In this document: positions 50,801 through 63,260 of the stretch, piece after piece
How the letters are laid out: every line of letters begins with the position of its first letter
Numbering within the stretch: position 1 is the stretch's first letter
Assembly (NCBI GenBank): GCA_002633005.1
Contig: NMRA01000437.1
Coordinates: 216,330-280,329, forward strand
Direction of reading: 5' to 3'
Length of the DNA stretch: 64,000 nt
DNA from: Phoronis australis
Lineage: Eukaryota > Animalia > Phoronida
Translations under genes and position numbers: made by a program
The notes under the pieces: model-generated
What the model saw: only the letters and a program-made list of their open reading frames with translations
Databases searched by the model: none
What the model was told of the DNA's origin: nothing

Positions 50801-53800
50801 TAAGAACACATCAATCCTACCTCCAACCTTTCACCCTGAAAAGCACCACGTTACTTTTTCAGTGGCTTTTCGCTGTTTTTACGTGCGAGCATTGGTCCCT
50901 TCATTAATTTATAAAGAACAGACTCTGAATTTACACAACGAACACGTTGAAAAATAAAATCTCTTCCAGTGCACGAGTATAATAATGAGAAAACTGAAAA
51001 TAGCTTTTCTGCTCGCCCTAAGCAGAATCAATCTGACTGACTTCATATGAAAATGACTAGAAATGTAATTTCCGCACTAGTTAATGAGGTTTACTAACAT
51101 TCGATATACACATCAAATACACGGGCCATATACTTAGCTTGATTTTAATCTAAGAACCAGTATAGCGGGTTTTGGGTAAATCGCGAGGAACAATCGTCTT
51201 CGCCAATTCCAGTTCACGAGGATCGACTTACTTGTGTACATTGTGTACACTGTAATAGGGTCTGATAACACGGTATTTTCTAATACAATCCATACTCTCT
51301 AGATAATATGCTGAAGTTATCACAATCATCCCATCGTTATTCCGTTGGAAATTTGAGAGCTCGATGTCTTGCATTAGTGTTCTGTATCTATAAGAATCTA
51401 ATTCTTGTGGTGCAATGAAGTAATATCAAAATATGTAAACTGCTGCAGGCTGACCGGGTTTTGTTCATATATGTACAGGTGACTTAAAATTGTGACTTCA
51501 TGAAACTGAATCGAATTGGATTGTTCAAAATTTGGATTTTGACGTTTTGTTTCATTCCTGTGTAACCCAGATTTCAGAGATGCTGTGACAGAAAAAATAA
51601 CCCCCATTTTAAGGAGATACTACATCTGCCTGCGTAAGCCTGGGACCCTCGAGCGTTTGAATACTGTTTATCTTCGGGAAACCTGTGCGGGACAAACGTG
51701 CACACGTTCGTTTTATGCGTGTACCGTGCCTCGTGGCATAGTCCTGTCGCATCCACTGTTAGACACGCATGATCAAACATTAGTTGACTTTTGCAGATAC
51801 CAAACACTAGTTGACTTTTACCGATAGCACTAAGAAAAAGATAAACACATAAACTTCTAGGTGCAGAAGACTCGTGACGCGAGACAAATGAGTGAACAGT
51901 ACACGATAGCTCTTGGGCTGTGAATCCTGAACACATAGCAGGGTGTAAAGAGCAATATATTCGTGTAGATATATTTTTCGGATGCTTTTAATTGGCATAA
52001 TCTTGTTGGCAACGTTAGAGAACAGGCCGGTGATCGCAAACCAATAATACTCAGTTTAATGGTAGGGGTGCTATTCAGTGCACTGGTCGATAATATATTG
52101 GTTAACCGAAGATTCGTGGTCATTATCTATTATCTGTTATTAACCAGTGATTTAATCCGGTTAGAGACCGGTGGCTTCGAGCTACTGCAGTTGTCAACAG
52201 ACGCTAGCACTAAGGGTCGTTGCTATGGAGCAAACACATGAGTTAACGCCGGATTTCAAAAAACTGTTTATGAGATACATTTTAAATGTAAACTCGTAAA
52301 AATTGACACACATGATGAATAAACGTACTTACCGCTTTCGCAGTCTCTGACTTAAGTTCTGGCGCAAATTTTGGTCACTTCTGTGCGAATTTCGAGACGT
52401 TCGGCTTCCACGACTTTCGCGGACTGTAGGCTTGGAGACGCTATTAGGTCGTATCGAAGCGATTAGCATTTGTAAACATGACCAGCCAATCCCGTGAAGT
52501 CGTGCCGTGCCGTATAAATATAACGCACTTCTATGGTACTTATTCAAGTCGAATCAAAGAAAGCTGAGCACTTGTCTTTGTGTGCAAAGTATGTTTTATA
52601 ACAAATGAGTAACCGCGCACAAAGAGTAATGAGTCCAGGCAGTGGTGACGTAGAATATCCATAAGGCACCGCGTCTACCCTGCGTCTAGCTATGCAACCA
52701 CCTTACTGGGAGTTTTATTCCCGGATTTAGCGTTTTTTCCAAGGAGTTCTGCATTCCTCGATTCGTCTGTTTGTATTAACACTGTCGAGACGCTTTTTTA
52801 AAGTAATGAGAGTGCAAAGTAGTATAAATACGGGTGTGGATAGATTTGAAATTATATTTTAATAAGCTAAACTTAGAAATTTAAAATGCGTTCTTGGACG
52901 CTGGGAATCGGTTATGTAACAAAGTACTTGACGCATTATAAGTGTGGTCATCATCGTAACGTACATGTAAGTACGCGTGCCAAAGGGGATAAAGAACTGA
53001 TGCGTTAGCGACGTAGGTTATATCCGTAAAAATATTTTTAATGCCATTTTATATGGTGGAGTAAACTCTTGTACCTGTTACAACGGTGATCTATTCGGTA
53101 GTGGTATTTTTAACAGAGACTACTTGACAAAAACTAGTCATAAAAGCACAAGCGAACTCCCAACATAATTCACAGCTTAATTGATAAATTGGATACTGAA
53201 GTACAACTCATAAATACATAACATTTATGGTGCAGAAATACAGAGAGGAGGTGGACTACGTAAAAGGTGTAAGAATTCTTACAATTTTATGAACATGCCA
53301 AGTAGAGATAAGTTTCTGCCAAACATGTGTGATACATTTGTACCTCAAGTCAGTCTCTTTATCAGCTTCACAGTTGCGATAAAACTTGAAAAATGTACTA
53401 TTTATTTCATTGAGATATTTTTAAGAGTTAACTTCGTTTAATAAGGTCAATGTCTACGCCACTTACGTGAGCTGACCTTTGTGTAAGATTGACTCCTATC
53501 TACGCTAATGAAAATGTTAAATGTTGAAGTTGATGACTACGTCCTGATTTGTTGACAAGTATATGCGGGTATTTAGGTCCATGCACCTACATCCAAAACT
53601 ACGCCTTTATCCGTAAGTTGGCGTTTGCGCAGATACGCGAACCATTTGGTTGGCATTCTTGAAAGTGAGTTCAAGATATACTTACAGAGGTAGGCGCAAA
53701 CCTTTTATTTCCTCATGGATTTAAACGAAGAATGTTGTGAATAACAGATTATAAGGCCTGTTCACAGGAGCTTTTTGCGTTTTTTCCAGAATCAAGATTT

Positions 53801-54570
53801 TACAGAGAGGTTGTCGTGTGAAAAAAAAGACTGCGGAGTTTTTTGTTTCCCAGATACTGCTGAATTTATGCGCATAGGCATCCCCGTCTTTTGCACACTT
53901 CATCTAGGTCTGGGATCTAATCTTTATGCTATAAATCAAACTCGAAATCTGACATTTGTTCATTACATAATTTTTTAAGTCGTATGAACGCTTTCTATTT
54001 CCGCAAACTTTTTACTGGCATAGAAGTGCGTAAAGGCGCGCATAATACGCAACTAATTTTAATTAATTAGTTTGTTTTCCTGCCGAAAAGTAAGGCCATT
54101 TTCACCGGTGTCACTGGGAAAGTTTATTTAACGATTTGAGTAAATCTAGCGTTTCTTTAATTTCCTTCCTAAACATTACGCATATAAATTATTCAGGTAG
54201 GGTTCAATTAATGTGCTAGTTATATCCATCCATTACAAATATGAAAACATTAAACCAATGCTGAAGTTCTAGACCTACGTCACGTAAAATGTTGCGCTTT
54301 TGTTGAGGACAATATCTATTACAAGGTATGCACTTTCAATAGAAATGACAGTCACCTGGGCCTATAAACGAAACTTCGGCAGGTGCTCCTAAAGCCACAC
54401 TTAAGTGAGCAGTTTTCTTTGACAAAAATCATTCCGGGTAAAAGCTTTGCGCATATCTGGTAAGTTTTAAAGTGTCATCTTCACCTGTTCCGAAATTAAA
54501 AACCACGACAGTACTATTTAGAGTTCAGAAACAGTTACATGTAAAATTAAGTTAAGGAAAACTTAACAAT

Positions 54571-54992
54571 GGACATCAAATGAGGGACGCTAGATGAAGG
54601 ACGTCCATGGGCGCACCCGGGAGGGGGGCTCGCGGTGCTCGAATGAGCCCCCCAATTTGGCGAATTGGGCAAAAAGGTTCCTCTCAGCGAAACAAACAGT
54701 GCGAGTAAACGAGACAAAAGTCCATTAAGTCCACAGGAATTCTGCGCGCCTGAACCTAGTGGCCCTTTTTAGTCCTCGTCGATTTTTTATCAGTAAAAAG
54801 TCCGCATACCGAAAAATTAGAGCCCTCCTATGTTTTTGGCTGGATTCGCGCTTGACGTCAGATGAGGGACGCCATATGAGGGACGCTAAATGAGGACGTC
54901 AGATGAGGGACGTCAAATGAGGACGCCAGATGAGAGACGTCAGATGAGAGACGTCAGATGAGGGAGTCAGATGAGAGACGTCAGATGAGGGA
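54571..54992. repeat. Minisatellite, 13-14-bp unit GATGAG(G/A)GACGTCA, split by a MITE
   Basis: About a dozen degenerate copies distributed on both sides of 54606-54854. Confidence 0.88.
54606..54854. mobile_element. MITE with 5-bp TSD ACGTC inserted in a minisatellite
   Basis: CATGGGCGCACCC...GGATTCGCGCTTG; TSD at 54601-54605 and 54855-54859; homolog at 44028-44303. Confidence 0.75.
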
Positions 54993-57900
54993 AAATCGTT
55001 GCATCACAGTACTAACTGACTATTCAAAATATCAAAATATTTGACACACCTGTGTTTTCTGTAACGGAAACGCTAAATTTTCGGATATGTACATGTATGA
55101 ATTCTCAAGGGCCATTTGTAAGTTCACTTTCTTAAGTATACTCTCTAGTGATAAACTCCGCAATTTATACCACTTCTCCCGTCTGATAAGTCAATAGTGC
55201 AGCGCGTAACAGCCAAAAATTTGAAAAGCCGTTCACTTTTCAATAAAAACGTGAAATTCGATAAATAATGCTAGGTACTCAACGGTAGGAATGACCGCCA
55301 TATTGGATTCAAATATTGGAGCCACTTTCCACCTGAATTTGTTTTACGTTAACATTTAGACAGGCGTTTTGCACCATATTGATCACGTTTATGACATACG
55401 CTGTCAACAGCTTAGATTAAGAGAAGATTTGTGAACGTTTGATATGAAACATTGTCGACGAAAAGGCATTGTTCTTGTGACAGTCACAAAGAGGGTCAGA
55501 TTACAGGATGTCAGTGGAAGACTTGAACAGTGTACATGTACATGTTATCTCTTACAACCGCCGTAAGGTTTAGGAATTCCAACACCATTCAATGCACTAG
55601 CAGTCGTAAGCAACATTTTCAAAAATTTAATTCAATTCTGAAACTACTAGAATGCATCAAAATTCCCGTTATTACGTATTCCCTTTAAAAGTTTCTTGGG
55701 GCAGGCCCACCGAACCCGCCAGGATGCGCTTGAGGCGCGCTTGCACCAATCGCCACAGAAACCTCGCTAGAACAAGCATTGGTTTAAAAAAAATATAATT
55801 CGGCAATGACCCGCAGAAACTCAAATGCTCGTTCTGTGTGCTTTTAGGATTTTCACCGACTTGACCATTTAAAACTGGTCAACTCGATATCCACTGTGTG
55901 ATGCTAGTGAATACATTGAGAACAGGAAGCAGTTCATCAACAAAGGCGCCTCTGGTGGCTAACGGTCTCACATGACTACCTAAATGCATGCTTTTCTATA
56001 GGTAAAACCGTTGTCTCTCTGACGAAGCCTACTGAATTTCGAGTCCCCCTTTGGTTTGAAATGAGTTTGATGACTGAGAATGTTAGCTTAATTAGTTGGC
56101 CTCCCGTCGAGGGCGACAGGCTTATTGGGTTCACCGGAATTGACAGGTCGACCTGTTAATGTTTAAATGCATGTTTCGATCTCAAAATAAAGACGTGTCA
56201 ATCGGTATTCGTGTGATGTCATGAATGATAACTGAACCTATGATTGGCAAGTAATAATAAATGAACTCATTGGACCGATTGCATAATGACAATATTTAAT
56301 CGCACACAAACCATAGTGACCTTAGGTTTTCCGAAAGTCTTGGAATTTCAGATCTCGAGCATCATCACGAAATCGCCTTTCAATCGCGTGATTTTCCGTA
56401 GTCTTACGTGTACTTGCCGCAATTACAAGGGAGTCGTAGTACGGAACACCTTGCAATGTTTTTGTTACTAAAAGTAGGCCTACATTACTTGTACAACATA
56501 TAATCCTTGTCATATATGTCAAACAATTTATCAACATTCCGACCTCACCAACCAATCACTTCAGTGGCCGTCATTTTGCTTACGCTATGCATATCGCACA
56601 ACACTAGCAGTTCGCTTACGTGAGTTTGTGTGGTGTTGTGTGGTCTTGTTTTTTTGCAAGATACTTAACGTCACGCGATGCTGGTGACACTGTCTGTACT
56701 CCTCGTGGCGTCACAGCACTAAACTGCACAGACACCTAAGGCTCGTAAGACATTATGCTGGCTTTCCATTACCAAGGCTACAGTTATACAAATGTACATG
56801 TGATGTTATACAACAAAATGACGATTTTGTCCTACTTCCCTTGCTCAGTTGGGAAACCCTCAAATCGTTTATTTAAACTTAAGGACTTGTAATACGAAGG
56901 GTTAAATCCGTGTTCGTGATTTGCTGTTATGACGACGCATGTCTTCGATGACTATGGCCACCACTCGTGGCACATTGTCTAGACACTTAAACATGTCCTC
57001 CCTTAGGGTTTGAACATGTGTGTCTTAGACTATAAAAACGTTTACACTCTGCTGTTGCAAACAGTTACAGAAACCGGCTTTTATGAGAATTTACCTTACC
57101 AACATCAGGTTTTTTCAAAGGAGGTACCCCGCCACGAGCCTATTGCAATTAAATTCTGAACACTGAGCCGGCAATTGTACGAAAGGTTTGACGTAAAACA
57201 GTTCTCCTGATGTCCAAGAGGACTGTTCAGGTGCAAACTTGCTGCTATTCGACAGACTCGGGCATGGCCTATGCCACTGAAGTGAATATATGTCAGTATC
57301 ATTTGTTTCCAGTTTCAGATAAGTTTCAAGAACCACTGAAACAATTAAAGAACTTAAAATGTCGGATCAAAACCCGTAAATATTGCCATTGATGTATGTA
57401 TGAGCCTGTCGAAGCCTTAGACGATCCCGTGATGAAGGCTTGAACTGAGTGAGAACAGCTTAATGGTGCAAACTTGTCAGAATCCGTCATAAATTACACG
57501 CTGCGTATACGTGTAATAGCCTGCTGAGAAAACTGTCCAATTTCCTTGACACGTACGCCATAGCCCAGAGCAAAGGGGGACATAGTTCTAATACAAAAGT
57601 AGGGCACATAACTATAAATACATGGCGGTGACGTGTAAAATTAATGAGGAAAACTTGAAATAGTGTGTGGAGCTAGTTTTAGGGTTATGTCACACCAAAC
57701 TTGTTCCTAGAGAGCCTGAGTCATCTTGATGAAAGGGGATGTCGACGGCCGACACCGACAACGAGTTCTTTGTTCAAAATGCACAACGCCTGCTAGTTGG
57801 TTCCCACTCGATAGTTACTTGTCGTCATAGGGCCCTTGAGTAAGTCCAGGGGCGTATATGAAACGGTAACATATCGAAAAAAGAATTCCCAGCACATAAA

Positions 57901-58157
57901 ACAGCCGTAGGTGTGTACTGAGTCCAGGGATGTCCAGGTTCGTAACCTTGGTCCCACTCAGTGCTCCGTTCGTTGTTGTTGACCCGTCTAATTCTGTTAT
58001 CAGAGCGGGTGTCCTTGCGGTCGCTGTTGTGAAAAGTTCGCACGCGAACAGATACATGCTTCAAGCATTTTCACGAAAGACGTCGCTCTAGTCGGCTTGC
58101 GACTGGCATATACACGCAGAATTGGCTTACGTAGTAAACAATACTTCAAGAACATAC

Positions 58158-59137
58158 CAGTGGCGGATCTAGGATATCGCAGGGGGGGCCCAACATTTTG
58201 TCCGGCTGTCAGCATTTGCGCAAACTGAAGCACGATTGTAGATGCGCATAGCACCGAATGGGGGGAGGTCGGGAGGGGGGCAAACCCCCCCTCCCTCCCA
58301 GGAAATTTTACCTGCTTTTACCTCTAAAAATCAAGCATTTTCCTTGATTCCTCAAGTATTATCCAAGAAAAAAAGAAAAAAAAAAAANNNNNNNNNNNNN
58401 NNNNNNNNNNNNNNNNNNNNNNNNNNNNNNNNNNNNNNNNNNNNNNNNNNNNNNNNNNNNNNNNNNNNNNNNNNNNNNNNNNNNNNNNNNNNNNNNNNNN
58501 NNNNNNNNNNNNNNNNNNNNNNNNNNNNNNNNNNNNNNNNNNNNNNNNNNNNNNNNNNNNNNNNNNNNNNNNNNNNNNNNNNNNNNNNNNNNNNNNNNNN
58601 NNNNNNNNNNNNNNNNNNNNNNNNNNNNNNNNNNNNNNNNNNNNNNNNNNNNNNNNNNNNNNNNNNNNNNNNNNNNNNNNNNNNNNNNNNNNNNNNNNNN
58701 NNNNNNNNNNNNNNNNNNNNNNNNNNNNNNNNNNNNNNNNNNNNNNNNNNNNNNNNNNNNNNNNNNNNNNNNNNNNNNNNNNNNNNNNNNNNNNNNNNNN
58801 NNNNNNNNNNNNNNNNNNNNNNNNNNNNNNNNNNNNNNNNNNNNNNNNNNNNNNNNNNNNNNNNNNNNNNNNNNNNNNNNNNNNNNNNNNNNNNNNNNNN
58901 NNNNNNNNNNNNNNNNNNNNNNNNNNNNNNNNNNNNNNNNNNNNNNNNNNNNNNNNNNNNNNNNNNNNNNNNNNNNNNNNNNNNNNNNNNNNNNNNNNNN
59001 NNNNNNNNNNNNNNNNNNNNNNNNNNNNNNNNNNNNNNNNNNNNNNNNNNNNNNNNNNNNNNNNNNNNNNNNNNNNNNNNNNNNNNNNNNNNNNNNNNNN
59101 NGGGGGGGGGGCCCTGCCCCCCCTAAATCCGCCTATG
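58158..59137. mobile_element. MITE or non-autonomous DNA transposon with 5-bp TSD CATAC spanning the N gap
   Basis: CAGTGGCGGATCTAGG...ATCCGCCTATG; TSD at 58153-58157 and 59138-59142. Confidence 0.75.
58388..59101. other. Assembly gap (714 N)
   Basis: Run of N. Confidence 1.
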
Positions 59138-59669
59138 CATACACGTGAGCTCTGAAAAACACGCACTCATCGTTCTTAGCTTTATGCCGATCTTAGTGTA
59201 TTGAATGCGATGTCTACATAATGTATTACTATAGCAACAATTTTGAATGCAATGCTGGCTTTCAGCATCAATTCCAGCCGCGAAATTCCATGGTATGATT
59301 AGGGCTTTATTAGTTTTTAGTGACTGACGTATTTGGTAGTTGTGGTAAGCTTATCCGCTCTCGCATTGCATTGTTAATAATGGCAACTAACCTACTGAAG
59401 TTTGCATTGTCCCAGAGCATTTTTAACACACAGACTTGGAGAGAGTTCCTTAATAATAGAAAATCCATCTATATGCAAGAAAATACTCCACATAACACAA
59501 AAGTTCTGACATTGGTTCCAAAAATAGATGGGACCGTCCTCGATGTATTTACCCACAATGCTGCAATATGATCGCGCACTTTTCTGTCGCGTCATTGGAT
59601 TTCCACCCGTTATTTGTTGCTGACGTTTTCTTATCAAATTTTAACCGACTGCATTACTTCGTCATTCCA

Positions 59670-59852
59670 ATACCAGCGAAGTATAACTGCTGTGTTGTGG
59701 GCTGCAACTCCGAAGGAAAAATTATATAAACTTTGCAAATCCCTATGGATGCACGATGTATGTTCTTCGTTTTCCCGACATCAATCAAAGAGACCAAAAC
59801 GCGGAGCGAGTGGAATAAGCAAGCTCGTTGGATTCATTTTGAATGCAACAGA
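59670..59852 (+). pseudogene. THAP zinc-finger relic (transposon-derived)
   Basis: (M>I)PAKYNCCVVGCNS...*...FFVFPTSIKETKTRSEWNKQAR matches the THAP CxVxxC...FP...R..W pattern; in-frame stop, lost ATG, truncated by a MITE. Confidence 0.7.
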
Positions 59853-61122
59853 GTCCCCTTCCATGCGCAGCGCAGCACTGAAAGAAGTGGAGGGGCTATA
59901 GCCTCTCATCCCCTTATGGTGCGCTACCCATGGCTTTGGTGGCACTCAATAGTTTTTTGAGCCACGGTTGAATTTAGCTTCCCCATTTTCATTATAAATT
60001 AGCGCCTGCTGGGTTGGTTGGGCATTTCAAGTTGTGTGCTGCATCTGAAGGCCACTTCCTTGATTTTTTAAACTGTTATGAGCGAAAGATTATCAGCCGT
60101 TAACCTCTCGACACACTTGTGCTCAACCCTGGCTTTTCTTAAACGTTTACTTCTTGCAAGCTGGAAATTGAAATTTAGCCGAAAATTCAGGAACCCTTTA
60201 GACTCTTTGGATTTGTAAAAATGTGGCTGGTTGACACAAAGTTTTCACATGATTTCTGGAATCTGTAGAGAGTTGGCAGTCTGAATGCACTGTCTCTCAT
60301 TTCTAAGCAATTGTATGCAAATAGTGGCTTTGGTATGAAAACTGCTGATTTAGCGCATTTTGGTTCATTTTTTCAAGTTACAGGATGCAATTATGGTAGT
60401 CAAAAGGTATAAAACTGACTTTGGAATCAATTTCAATATACTTTGTGCAAAGTTTCTGAAGTCTTTGGCCTATTATACGCTTCAAATTTTGAGGTTTTGT
60501 ACATCCTGTGGAACAGACTATTGGAGCCGACTCGGTCTGGTTTTTCGCGACCCAAATCAGCAAAAACTGTAGATTGCCACCTGTCTTGGTGATACGTTTT
60601 CAATTCCAGTTATTTTAAACGGCCATACACGTCGACGGTTGCGGACATGACCTGTGAAAATGTGCCTGGCATTACAAAACTACGCCACTGAATGAACGCG
60701 CTTTCTTACCTCCGGGACAACGAAGAGTTATAACGCTGCGTAATTCGGGACCGTTTTTGTGCAGTAGTCCAGTGCGGGTGCTCGTGTTAGTACAAGGCAT
60801 AATAATTAAATCATCTAAGGAGAACTTGAATGCAGGCTAATGGGATTAATATGAGAAATGTTCTGTATCGTTTTATTATCGAAACGGAATTGTCAATAGA
60901 AGATACGTAGTCATGTGCCAAGGCCGGTGCGAAGGTAGGTGTGAGAATTCTGTTATCTGAGGATGCTCTAAAATGGCACAGTGCAAGAGGGCGATAGTCT
61001 ATTTTGGAGGAGCAGATGCGTGATAATGACGATAACTCGTAGTCAATACACGACCCTTGATAGGAAGTGGGGCATTTTGAACGTTCTTAACGCATTGGAT
61101 GTTTCACATTTCGCCACGAGAA

Positions 61123-61156
61123 ATGGCAAATGTTAGAAATATCCTTGTATTTGTGG
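61123..61156 (+). CDS. Secreted Ly6/three-finger precursor, exon 1 (MANVRNILVFV G; first half of the signal peptide)
   Basis: ATG in gaaATGg context, G|gtaagt phase-1 donor; joins exon 2 into a continuous hydrophobic signal peptide. Confidence 0.75.
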
Positions 61157-61964
61157 GTAAGTGTTTCAAGTTGGTTTCAAGTTGGGAAAGGTTTTATGAG
61201 TTTCCATTTCTTTTTACCCGCTGTACCACAAAGCCTAGTCCTAAACGTTCGTGTATTTGTTATTCAGCTACACAATAGGATTTAAGGTAGACCATCATAA
61301 TGGTTAACGATGCAATAGTATTTCGACAATGAAGCAAACCTTTGATTTGACTTCATTTTGCACAATAAATCCGATTTCAATTTCTTGTTTGCTCAGATGG
61401 GAACTGATTTATGTGTTTGAAAAGAACTGCCACTTCATAAATGCTTGAAACCATGCTCAAAGCATAAAATAACCCGCCGTGTCAAGTTAAATTGTTGAGC
61501 CTAATCGCAAGGAACTTTCCTCTGTTGTTGTTTTTTTAAGCCCAAACGACACATGTAAATCATGTATCGAACAAGTTGAGATCCATTGATATACCCTAAA
61601 ATTAATTTGTTGGCATAAAGCGTTTTTATAGCGGCGAAAACGCAAGATCTGGTTCAGTGTTTCGGAGCTCAGTGACCTAACATAAATAAATTTACGATGA
61701 CGTCGACAAATGTTGGACACACAATCGTCCTCGTGAGGTTTGCCATAAACGTTTACTCGCATGATGGCATACTGCTGCAATTAAGCGAACCTTGGTTTTC
61801 TGCAATGTCACTACAGGTAACCGGACCAAACAACTTGTCTGGATTTTAATTAAAACTAAGAAACGACCTACAATGTTGTGCAAATACACTACTGAACTTG
61901 ACCTTTACTTGCACACGTCATGGAACTTGAATTTGTCTACATTCACATATTTCATAAATTTTAG

Positions 61965-62290
61965 GTGCAGCTTTAATAATAGGCTCGCACTTTGTCGCTT
62001 GTGACGACGACGATGATGACTACAAAATCGATCGCAATAAGATCGGCAACTTCATTAAAGGCATTATTGACAGATACGGACGTAGGTCTACATTGGCTCC
62101 CATCTCTGGACGCAGCACTACTGCGCAGCCACACCGTGTTCGGTGTTACCAATGCAAAGACGAGTATTCCTCAAGGAAATGCAAGTCATATACTACAACC
62201 TGCGCAGAGGGAGAAGTCTGCTCTGCTACGTACGAACTATTCAAGTCTGGAAAATACTTTCAGACTTCCAAAGGTTGTACCAGTAGAAGG
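61965..62290 (+). CDS. Secreted Ly6/three-finger precursor, exon 2 (AALIIGSHFVAC DDDDDDYKIDRNKIGNFIKGIIDRYGRR STLAPISGRSTTAQPHRVRCYQCKDEYSSRKCKSYTTTCAEGEVCSATYELFKSGKYFQTSKGCTSRR)
   Basis: aattttag acceptor (phase 1), open frame, R-C-Y-x-C start and KGC motif of LU domains, donor AGG|gtaggt. Confidence 0.88.
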
Positions 62291-63124
62291 GTAGGTGAGG
62301 CAAAGAAATGTTTGAAACGGCACCTTCGTCCAACCTTATCGACAATATGAAGACTGTGCCAATTAATTTGTGCTTTAAATGCGCACCTTCTGTGCGGCTT
62401 TAAATTATTGCATTGATTCGTATCCAGCGGAAGTTTTATGTGCTCAAAACCAAAGCTACATGAACAAAACGTCATGCCATGGCACTAAATTTACGGTTTA
62501 GCATTTTTCACAAAATTACTAATGGAAGGTGAAGCTAGGACAGCAGAAAGGGAGGACAAAATTAAAAATGCGACGGACGGACAAGAAGCAAAGCTGAGGG
62601 AGTTGTAAAAGTGACGCCATTTGATTGTTGGATTTAGCACGTCGTTAAAACTTTGGTCGAATACCAACATTTCAAATGAGCTTCGTTGACAATGCCGCAG
62701 CAACTGTATTTTAATGAAGAGGAAGCCATGTATTTTTAGGAGCTGGATACATATTACAACAATTTTTGTTTTGCTGGCGGAGTACATCTTTAGAAGATCT
62801 GTTGTGGCATCAAAGAGAATGACATTTTAGCTTTTGATAGAACAATGGCACTCAATATCTCTACATGAAATCGCAAAATGAAAATTAGGCCAACCGTCAA
62901 ATCACGAGGCCGTCCTTTCCAATTCACGTCCGTTTTCCATATTTTCTATCCGTCTTTCCCATCGACAGTCCGCGTTCCACATTGGGTGATCAAGTCTGTT
63001 AAGTTGTGCTCTATTCTATTCTATACTATGTTTAAATGCTGTCACCATTACGTGTAATCCAAGAAAGGATATCAAAAATGACGCCTTTTTTCTGCTTTGA
63101 AGTAGCGCAATGTGTTTCTATCAG

Positions 63125-63260
63125 AGATGCAGGTCATACCTTGAGAATAACGACAAGCGATGTTTCGACGGTCTTCTATATGGCGAGTGCACCTACTGCT
63201 GTGAAGGGGATCTGTGTAATAAGGACATACACTCAGTGTTTGGCAACAAGGCAAGGTCAG
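63125..63260 (+). CDS. Secreted Ly6/three-finger precursor, exon 3 (RCRSYLENNDKRCFDGLLYGECTYCCEGDLCNKDIHSVFGNKARS)
   Basis: ttctatcag acceptor (phase 0), diagnostic CCxxDxCN terminus, donor G|gtacgt. Confidence 0.92.

Noticed and set aside
58242-59166. 294-aa and 280-aa ORFs in the ORF track
   Set aside because: Artefacts of translating through the 714-N gap; the flanks are MITE sequence.
62003-62026. DDDDDDYK resembling a FLAG tag (vector contamination)
   Set aside because: The order differs from DYKDDDDK and it lies in a natural spliced exon with genomic flanks.
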